From positions 80,538,001-80,602,000 of the forward strand of contig OX597818.1 in NCBI GenBank assembly GCA_951406725.2: a stretch of 64,000 bases of DNA, written 5' to 3'. A program made the position numbers and the translations under genes. The DNA comes from Octopus vulgaris (taxonomy: Eukaryota). Shown piece by piece: positions 54,367-64,000 of this stretch. How positions within the stretch are numbered: position 1 is the stretch's first letter; each line of letters opens with the position of its first letter. The notes under the pieces are model-generated. The model was not told the DNA's origin, ran no database searches, and worked only from the letters and a program-made list of their open reading frames with translations.

Positions 54367-55418
54367 ATATATATATATATATATATATAATATAATATTA
54401 TAATATATACGTAATATATTTATATTATATATACATATGTGTGCGTGTGTGTCTATTGTATAAGCATATATATATCTATAGGAGAACAAAATTAATAACC
54501 GGGGTAAAATGAGTAATTTTTTTTATTTCTTGTCATTTTTCTCTGCCTGTTTGAAATTATTACATTGCAAATATTGCGTCATCATTTCGTAGTTGTCGTT
54601 GCTGTTGAAGTTGAGAGAGTTTTTAAACATAGTCAAGTGACGGATACTTTTTTTTTTTTGTCAAGAACGTTTTCCTCAACTTTGACATGATCCTAATTGA
54701 GGTTGCTAATAAAATATCTGGGTAATTTTTGGTGCTTAGCAATCAATATTCTTCCCTCTGTTGGATTCTAAGTCAATTTTTCCCCTCACTAATGTCTAAA
54801 CTGATAATTTTCAATTTTCAAAAAATAAGTCATGACTAATTTCAATAATTTCTTCTCCTTAACTGCGTGGTGCTTGAATATATCGGCAAGAGAACCACTC
54901 CTGCAGATCGTGAAGAAGCTATAAAGAATATTTTATGTTGAGAATTTTTGATTAAATCGAGTTTCGTTAGCTTCATATATGTGTCGTTTTTTCACAACCT
55001 TCTTTCATTTGACCCAGATATTTAAAATTTTTTTTTTACATTTATGATATTCCTGATCGTTTTGGATGGATATTGATGTATGTGAGCCTGTTTTCAAATG
55101 TAATTCTTGAGAACTGAAAAGACGAATTTATTTTATCTTAGCTTACTCATTTTGTCCCGTCTAAATTTCTCTTTTATATGCTCAAAGTAAACGGCGATAA
55201 TTTTCTGAAATGGTGTTCAGATTATATTAAAATGTTTTTAATGCATTTAGAGATCATTTTCATTGCTGATATAGTTTTTGTTAGGTAGCGAACAACCGCA
55301 GCAAATATATTTCTTCTCAAAGTCAAAAATGCAGTAAAAACTCCTCATTGTGCATACCCTATATGTATGTATGTATGCATTTATGTATGTATGTATGTAT
55401 GTATGTATGTTTCTCTCT

Positions 55419-55466
<48 letters not shown>

Positions 55467-55477
55467 GTGTGTGTATG

Positions 55478-55524
<47 letters not shown>

Positions 55525-55565
55525 ATGTATATATATATATATATATATACATATGTGTGTGTATG

Positions 55566-55648
<83 letters not shown>

Positions 55649-55762
55649 TCACTGAGCCATAGCGATACTAATAACTTGGTGTTAGAATTCAATATGTATA
55701 TGCTTCAGAATGAAACGTTAGTCGAGTACAGAGCGGTAAAAGGAAATGAAATAAATGACACG

Positions 55763-55797
<35 letters not shown>

Positions 55798-55829
55798 AGA
55801 GACAGGCAGAGAGATAAACAGAATTTATT

Positions 55830-56495
55830 GAAAGATTTTTGTGTACACATTGCAGTTGTTGAGAGTACAAGTCGGCATTTAGAGCTTGATGGCGGTATAA
55901 AAGCTCAAAATAAATAATACCGTGGTGATCCTACCATACACACAACACAACCTTCCTTCCATGGAGCTCAGCCTTTGAGGTAGGTTTTGGAGACTTATCC
56001 TTGTCAATCTAATTCCTTTTGCGTTGAACATTGTCATAAAAGACCCATTATTCATTACCTGTAATAATATTATAGAGAAACGGGTAATTTCTCTACCTTG
56101 AAAGAAGACTTGTCGCTATGGACACGCGATCTTCCCTATTCTTCTGCTTAGAATATGGGGAACCCACACATTCAGCTTGCTGACTTTTCCTATCTTTTCC
56201 AAACGGCTGATGGTGGATTGGGATTTATTGAGTTCAATTGCTAATTCCCGAGTACCTTTACTGGGAATGAATTCCACTAAACCTCTTAAAGCATCTTGAT
56301 TGAAGTCTGATGAACATCCTGGTCTGAGATAATCTCTCAATGACAAATCCTTGGAACGAAGCTTTGAAAACCAATTTCGCACTTGCCGGTCAGCAATGAC
56401 ACCTTGGCAATAAACACTGTATATTTTCTTAGCTGTTTCTGTGGCGCTTTTACCATTCTTAACCTGCCACAACATCACTTTCAGTTCATCCATTT
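55830..56495 (-). mobile_element. Decayed mariner transposase
   Basis: KNGKSATETAKKIYSVY...RQVRNWFSK...TRELA...IGKVSKLNVWVPHIL, then frameshifted FLYNIITGNE*WVFYDN...LHGRKVVLCVW*DHHGIIYFELL. Confidence 0.9.
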
Positions 56496-56694
56496 TAAAG
56501 GAGTGAAATTTGATATTAAACGGTGATGTGCACGCTTTCACTGCTTAAATATGAATAACAGATAAGGCTCTTTTAAAAACAGTAGTTTCCATTTCAATTT
56601 TAAACAGATGAATTTCAAAAGGCGTCGTTAGAATTTACTTCTCAAAAACTGAAATTATCTGAAATCATTCTTGACTCGACCGAAGATATATATA

Positions 56695-56940
56695 TTATGG
56701 AGATTTACTTGCATAGCAAGTGACCTGATCTGAGATCGTATGTTGGAACGAAAACAAATGCAGCGTGGAAGGTGTTTGTAAGCCATTTAAGAAACACACG
56801 GAATTTTGTCAGTGCACAGGTCGCGGTCTCAAAGCGACGAAAATATTTTGGCAAATTAAATTTAAATGTTGAAGTGAATCTAACGGTTTTTGTGTCTTTC
56901 TTAAATGGCTCATAAACACCCTCCACGCTGCAATTGTTTA
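56695..56940. mobile_element. Family H copy 2, fold-back; hammerhead on + at 56805-56855 (core GTGCACA)
   Basis: About 56752-56799 is inverted at about 56891-56938. Confidence 0.8.
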
Positions 56941-57108
56941 TATATATATATTAAATGAAGGCGGCTATATGCGACAGAAAACTAAAAGGAAAAAAAATTC
57001 AATTGTCACTAGTTATGTATGTATGTATGTTTGTATGTATGTATGTATGTATGTATGTATGTATGTATGTATATATATATGTATGTATATATATATATAT
57101 ATATATAC

Positions 57109-57302
<194 letters not shown>

Positions 57303-57544
57303 TATATATTATATATTATATATTATATAATGCTTCGGGAATATCTCTGCTGGTAATTCTAGGTTGAAACAATTGTAGTGTTATGTAATAAAACCTATTA
57401 CTCAATCCACTTTCTCGCATTTAAATACTGTTATATTTATTCCGACCAGGCGGTCCACTGACGCAACTCAGTCACTGGTGTTGACTGTTCTCTTAGATAA
57501 AGCTACAAATTTAAATTCTGCCCAGAGTTATCATTCATTGGTAT

Positions 57545-57589
57545 TTCCCATTGAGGAAAGCTAAAAAGCTAGAAACACGCATCTGGGAA
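57545..57589 (+). ncRNA. Type I hammerhead-like motif, partly decayed
   Basis: ttccca-TTGAGGA-A-AGCT-aaaa-AGCT-A-GAAA-CACGCA-TC-tgggaa; perfect 6-bp stem I. Confidence 0.55.
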
Positions 57590-58102
57590 TCTGCTAGAGA
57601 GAAGCACTGGACAGATACGTTATTTTTACACATTTTACCATAAGGGAGAATTCTTTTTCTCCTCAGTAGCTGCAGTGAATTGGCATTTAGGAGTTAAAAT
57701 ATGTCACAAACGTATTTTAACTAATCTAAAATTCTAAAATTCGCCCAGCAGGCCTGCCACCAGCGTCACTAACGACATAACAATCTCAGACATAGCAGAA
57801 TCACAATGTCACAGTGTCTCAAGCGCGATGCATCAGTGTTACACCTTTCACAACATATGGCTATGCAGCTGAAACAAAGGCGACTGAAGAAGGGGAATTT
57901 TCCTTGTTTTGTATGTCCTGTACTCCAATTTTTCGTTTTTAAGAAAAATGTCAATTTCCTTGGTTTTGTGTTTATGTTTTCGTTTCTCATTGTGTTCGAC
58001 AATTTTTTGGTGTCCTGTACCCATATATGCATGTATATATACATGTAGAGGTAGGTACGTACATATATGTATGTATATATGCATATATTTTATTTATTTA
58101 TT

Positions 58103-58253
<151 letters not shown>

Positions 58254-58547
58254 TATAGATAGATAGATAGATTAGATAGATAGATCAGAGATATTAGTGA
58301 GGGATTATCAATCCGGACAAAATACCTTATAGGCTCTCTGTTAGTACACCACCAGGCTAACAATATTGTTTAGAATAGTAAAAACATCTCCGCGTTTTCT
58401 TGTGATAATAATGAGCCTATAATGATTACTGGAAACAGCTGTAAGTCAAAATTACTACTATAAAGAAGAATAAGTAATGACCATTATTTGTGCCTTGTCA
58501 TGTGTGTGTGTGTGTGTACACATATATGCGAGTATGATAAAATACTC

Positions 58548-58957
58548 AGGAGTGGCTGTGTGGTAAGTAGCTTGCTTACCAACCACATGGTTCCGGGTTC
58601 AGTCCCACTGCGTGGCATCTTGGCCAAGTCTCTTCTACTATAGCCTGGGGCCGACCAAAGCCTTGTGAGTGGATTTGGTAGACGGAAACTGAAGCCCGTC
58701 GTATATATGTACATATATGTGTGTGTGCGTGTATGTTTGTGTGTCTGTGTTTGTCCCCCTAGCATTGCTTGACAACCGATGCTGGTGTGTTTATGTCCCC
58801 GTCACTTAGCGGTTCGGCAAAAGAGACCGATAGAAATAAGTACTGGGCTTATAAATAATAAGTCCCGGGATCGAGTTGCTCGACTAAAGGCGGTGCTCCA
58901 GCATGGCCGCAGTCAACTGACTGAAACAAGTAAAAGAGTAAAAGAGTAAAAGAGTAA
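58548..58957 (+). mobile_element. SINE family A, full length
   Basis: Complete, ending in (GAGTAAAA)n. Confidence 0.92.
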
Positions 58958-59714
58958 ATGTTAAAAGACATCAGAAACACTTAAGTGCCATTTAATTTAC
59001 TCTGACATCAAACACACAGATCAGCAACACGTCATCCTTTCAGAAATTCCTACTTATACTACTCATATTTAACATAGGACATGTGAACAGCATGTCGACC
59101 GTCACGTTGCCTTTAAAAAAGAATATATATATATAAATATATTTATATATATATTCTTTTTTAAGGCAACATGACGCATTCAAGTGGTCACTTCAGAACA
59201 ATATGGATGTCATTATAATTAAACGGGAATTATTACTGATTGCTTTTACGATGTACAGTGTGCAGCAGAAAAGTCTTTCATTCTTTACACGGCCATTAGT
59301 TTAGCTTTAGCAAAGTTAAACAGATGATAATAATGTCATTATGTAGCTGTAGTTTTACCGTTTTATAGTCAGTTAGCACCATAGGTTGAACCAGTGCGTA
59401 GCAGTGGTTCTTGTTGGAATGTTTATTAAGAGTGGTGAATCTAGGAAGTTTTTGAGTGGGGTGGCTTCACACTACACACACACACACACGTGTGTGTGTG
59501 TGTCTGTTAAGAAAGAAGAAAAATAGATTTCCGACGTGTTTTTTTTTGTTTTGTTTTTTTTTAATAAACCGATTAACCCAAGAAAAGAACCGTTTTCTTC
59601 AGGGGACTTAAAACTTCACGTTAAAAATTAGATTCAGAAAAAAATATCAAGATATGGACTGTGTGATGATGACGATCTCATTTTGGCAACGAGTAATATA
59701 TATATATATATATA

Positions 59715-60003
59715 CTCTTTTACTCTTTTACTTGTTTCAGTCATTTGACTGCCGAACCGCTAAGTAACGGGGACATAAACACACCAGCATCGGTTGTCAA
59801 GCAATGCTAGGGGGACAAGCACAGACACACAAACACACATATATATACATATATACGACGAGCTTCTTTCAGTTTCCGTCTACCAAATCCACTCACAAGG
59901 CTTTGGTCGGCTCGAGGCTATGGTAGAAGACACTTGCCCAAGATGCCATGCAGTGGGACTGAACCCGGAACCATGTGGTTGGTAAGCAAGCTACTTACCA
60001 CAC

Positions 60004-60005
<2 letters not shown>
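59715..60005 (-). mobile_element. SINE family A with an internal deletion
   Basis: Tail joined directly to GCCGAACCGCTAAG. Confidence 0.88.
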
Positions 60006-60063
<58 letters not shown>

Positions 60064-60131
60064 ATATATATATATATTAAAGAATTAAAGGTAATGCTGT
60101 GCAACTTAGTAATAATCTTCATTATTAATAG

Positions 60132-60180
<49 letters not shown>

Positions 60181-60347
60181 TAAACAATTTATAAACAAGG
60201 GCAAAAGAAAAAAAGATTTCTATGCCAATATGCTGAGAATAGACTTTAAATCGTCAATCACCACATTACAATATACATTCACCATGAATACACGTCGTGC
60301 TGAAATCGAGGAAGGCAAGCTAACAGAATTTTTTTTAAAATCCGTTA

Positions 60348-60406
60348 TCTCTATATTGAATCAATTTCGGGATTAATCCCACGGATTTTCCCCTCTTCAG
60401 TAGAGA
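60348..60406 (-). ncRNA. Type I hammerhead ribozyme, canonical core, AUA site
   Basis: tctcta-CTGAAGA-GGGG(aaAATCCgtgGGATTaa)TCCC-GAAA-TTG-att-CAA-TA-tagaga. Confidence 0.8.
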
Positions 60407-60719
60407 ATACGATAAGAAATAAATGAAATACTTACAAGCACCCATGGAAAAAAGCAAAGCAAGAGTCATGTGTACACATAAGTACCCCAGTTATAGCTAA
60501 ATGTAAAATCCTTTAGCAATCCTCAGCATACGTGTGACTGGTCACTAACCACAACTTTTAGTGGTTACCAGTCCCGAAAGGAATGGTAATAAATTTACTT
60601 CTAATATAGGATAAATTTTTTTCAAAAAAACGAATTCACCAAAAGGTGAAAATTATAAACAATTGCTTCTGCTTTTTTCCATGGGTGCTTGTAAGTATTT
60701 CATTTATTTCTTATCGTAT

Positions 60720-60778
60720 TCTCTACTGAAGAGGGGAAAATCCGTGGGATTAATCCCGAAATTGATTCAATTTAGAGA
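60720..60778 (+). ncRNA. Type I hammerhead ribozyme, canonical core, AUU site
   Basis: Same as 60348-60406 except at position 17. Confidence 0.8.
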
Positions 60779-61032
60779 TAACGAATTTTTAAAAAGATTC
60801 TGTTAGCTTGCCTTCCTCGATTTTAGCACAACGTGTATTCATGGTGAATGTATATTGTAATGTGATTGATTGACGATTTAAAGTCTATTCTCAGCATATT
60901 GGTATAGAAATCTTTTTTCTTTTGCCCTCGTTTATAAATTCTTTATAATTCTCACCTTTAAAGGTATTTTAATATGCTGCCATTTTGATGAAATTTTTTT
61001 TCGAAAAAATTTTATCCTATATTAGAAGTTTT

Positions 61033-61221
61033 TTCAGTGAACAGGTCGCGGTCTCAAAGCGACGAAAATATTTTGACATTTAAATCTAAATGTTGAAGTG
61101 AATCTAACGGTTTTTGTGTGTTTCTTAACTGACTTATAAACACCTTCCACGCTGCAATTATTTTCGTTCCAGCACACGATCTCAGATCAAGTCACTCGCT
61201 ATGCAAGTCCATTTCCGTAAT
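61033..61221 (+). mobile_element. Family H copy 3; hammerhead at 61034-61076 (core GTGAACA)
   Basis: tca-GTGAACA-G-GTCGC...GCGAC-GAAA-ATAT-TT-tga; ends in (TA)n. Confidence 0.8.
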
Positions 61222-61501
61222 ATATATATATATATATATATGGGTACTAAAATAACCTACATTACACATATTTCACATTCACGCGATTATTGGTGGGGCG
61301 TTATTGAAGTTCAACAGATGGTAACAATATCTTCATGCAACAAATGTCTAATTGTCTTATATTTTGATTTGAACCAATCCACTCCTTACCTTTGCCGTTG
61401 AAACTTTAATTGACCTGTAAATTGTAGGAGATTTTTTTTTATTCTGTTTGCCTCACCCTTTAATTACTAGCATCAAAATTTCAAACAACACTATATATAT
61501 A

Positions 61502-61870
61502 TCTCTCTCTATATAAACGGCAGTTTGTCTGTGCGTGTTTCTGTGTGTCTGTTTGCTTGTACCCTCACCCTGACCACGGCTTTCAACCGATTCTGATGAA
61601 ACTTGACACACACATAGCCCAATGTCATAATTCAAAACTAACGCAGCGAAAATTTTGAAAAGTTCCCCCAGTTCTGAAAAAAATCAATAAATTCGACATG
61701 GGGTCGAGAATTAGAAACACAAACCGCAAACTGTCTAGGGGAAGCAACTCCACCTTTTTTTACTCTCTATTTTTTGTATAACTCTTATATAAAAAAATTT
61801 ACCATCATCTTTTTCCATTATTTTTGCTATTTTTTGGCTTAACTGGTCTAAAAATGCTTTATAGTTATTT
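61502..61870 (+). mobile_element. Probable non-autonomous Helitron-like element, 5' part
   Basis: A|TCTCTCTCTATATAAA start, (GTCT)-like block, AACCGATTCTGATGAAACTTG motif; no 3' end seen. Confidence 0.45.
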
Positions 61871-61894
61871 CAGCTTACTGACACCTTTACGACA

Positions 61895-61963
<69 letters not shown>

Positions 61964-62060
61964 CGGGAAGCTTTATGAAAATAAACAAAAGACGAAGGCA
62001 GGTGGAAAACAAACGAACAATTGTATTAGTATGGCGCTCAGGAAATATAAATAAAACAAG

Positions 62061-62098
62061 TCTTTAACGTTTCGAGCCTACGCTCTTCAACAGAAAGA
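62061..62098 (-). ncRNA. Minimal hammerhead-like motif (family F)
   Basis: tcttt-CTGTTGA-A-GAGC-gtag-GCTC-GAAAC-GTT-aaaga. Confidence 0.5.
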
Positions 62099-62311
62099 TA
62101 CACAGAGAGAGAAAAACACAGAAAGAAGGAGAGAAAAAAAATGCGTGCAGTAGCTAACGAATCAACATGGCGATCTGATTTCGGCCAGAGGTCAAAGATC
62201 AAACATGAGACGCGAGAGCGAAATAAGAGGAGATAATAGGGTTGATAAAAGGGTTGAGGGACCAGCTAAAAGTGCGTGGGAGGGGTCTGGATGTGTGTAT
62301 GTATAGGGTTG

Positions 62312-62424
<113 letters not shown>

Positions 62425-62751
62425 TTGCTATGGCAACATCAACAAATACACTTCATCATTCGCTTTTACTTTCGACTACTCCAAACTCAGTCAACGTTGC
62501 AGGATGAGGACTCCTACGTGGGCAGCCCGTCTGTTAGAAATAGCAGCCAAAATATCAACGGTTTTAAAAGAACGACACGTTGGATTGTGGTCCACGGTTT
62601 ATTGTACATATGAAAAATAGATTAAAAGAAAAAAAAAATGGGGCGGGATGATCATGGCAAGAATAATTTTTGAAATGTGGCTCAGCTTCTTCAAAATAGG
62701 TTGCGTGGAGCTAAATGACTATACCAGTATTTACACACACACACACACACA

Positions 62752-62815
<64 letters not shown>

Positions 62816-63011
62816 CTCTCTCACTCTCTCTCTCTCACACACACACACACACGCAAAATAGCTGTTGTAATTCTACCAGGATATACAGATACAATGCGTC
62901 ACACCAATAGTCGTAAATAACACTGTGATATACACACAATCATTGTTACACGCGCATGCACATACACAGTACATCAAAACAGGTGTCACACACACACCCA
63001 CACACACACAC

Positions 63012-63063
<52 letters not shown>

Positions 63064-63364
63064 CTCAGTAACAGATAACAGATAAACAAACACACAACAC
63101 GGCACAAAGCAACAACTGTTTGTATGCCATTCTGCTGTGACACACACAAACACACACACACCTCAGTAACAAATTACATATGCGCACACACCAGCAGCCA
63201 TACACACATAAACTCATGCGCACACATACAACACTGCACTACGTTACAACAGTGTTTGTATGTGTCACTCCACTGTGAAAACTAACATATTTATGGAGCA
63301 TGGTAATATGTTAATTTTCACAGCCGGTGACCCTCAAGGCTGAAACATATAAAAGAATAAATAA

Positions 63365-63580
63365 GCTTTAAATTTTGGCACAAGGCCAGCAATTTTGGGA
63401 CGGGGTTAAGTCGATTACATCGATCCCCAGTGCACAACTGGTACTTATTTTATCGAATTCGAAAGGATGAAAAAGGTAAAGTCGATCTCGGCGGAGTTCG
63501 AACTTAGAACGTAAAGAGAGGTAAAATACCGCTAAACTTTCTGGCCGGCGTGCTAACGAATCTGCCAGTTCATCGCCTTA
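63365..63580 (-). mobile_element. SINE family B
   Basis: Full family B sequence reversed. Confidence 0.82.
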
Positions 63581-63592
63581 CTGTGACATATA

Positions 63593-63799
63593 CTCTTTTA
63601 CTTGTTTCAATTATTTGACTGCGGCCATGCTGGAGCACCACCTTTACTCGAGCAAATCGACCCCCCAGGACTTATTCTTTGTAAGCCTAGTACTTATTCT
63701 ATCGGTCTCTTTTGCTAAGTTACGGGGATGTAAACATACCAGCATAGGTTGTCAAGCGGTGTTGGGGGGACAAACACAGACACAAAAACATATACCCCC

Positions 63800-63844
<45 letters not shown>

Positions 63845-64000
63845 CATATATATGACAGGCTTCCTTCAGTTTCCGTCTACCAAATCCACTCACAAGGCCC
63901 AAGGCTATATTAGAAGACACTTCCCCAAGGTCCCACGCAGTAGGACTGAACGCGGAACCATATGGTTGGTAAGCAAGCTACTTATCACACAGCCACTCCT
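63593..64000 (-). mobile_element. SINE family A, head at the window edge
   Basis: Tail, internal microsatellite and head. Confidence 0.9.

Larger units (their letters stand above)
60178..60948. repeat. About 285-bp inverted repeat (60178-60462 / 60663-60948), each arm with a hammerhead
   Basis: Arms are reverse complements with scattered substitutions; related fragments at about 24958-25160 and about 28092-28218. Confidence 0.9.

Noticed and set aside
54498-55160. DNA transposon bounded by GGGGTAAAATGAGTAA / TTACTCATTTTGTCCCG
   Set aside because: The inverted motif is real, but no TSD or recognisable transposase could be read, so it is left unclassified.
61593-61603. CTGATGAAAC as a hammerhead core
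   Set aside because: No stem II; it is part of a CCGATT.TGATGAAA motif typical of non-autonomous DNA elements.

Overview
This is eukaryotic, AT-rich and microsatellite-saturated DNA that looks intronic or intergenic. The (TA)n, (GATA)n, (TATG)n and (AAT)n tracts and the SINE families suggest an octopod cephalopod, which is an inference. I found no intact host gene or intact transposase, and almost all listed ORFs are microsatellite translations. The window holds at least four tRNA-headed SINE families (A-D, dozens of copies), decayed Penelope-like elements (PLEs), R4/Dong, RTE and CR1-like LINE remnants, mariner, Merlin and hAT transposase relics, and pogo, Tc1, piggyBac and Helitron non-autonomous elements. 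The least explained signal is about 17 type-I hammerhead ribozyme motifs. They sit in several unrelated families of short non-coding elements that lie in (TA)n and are often folded back on themselves. The motifs include the canonical C3-G8 core, a U3-A8 core and a three-copy family with a compensated G3-C8 core (GUGAACA). All calls come from reading the sequence by eye. No searches or folding programs were run, and element boundaries are approximate.
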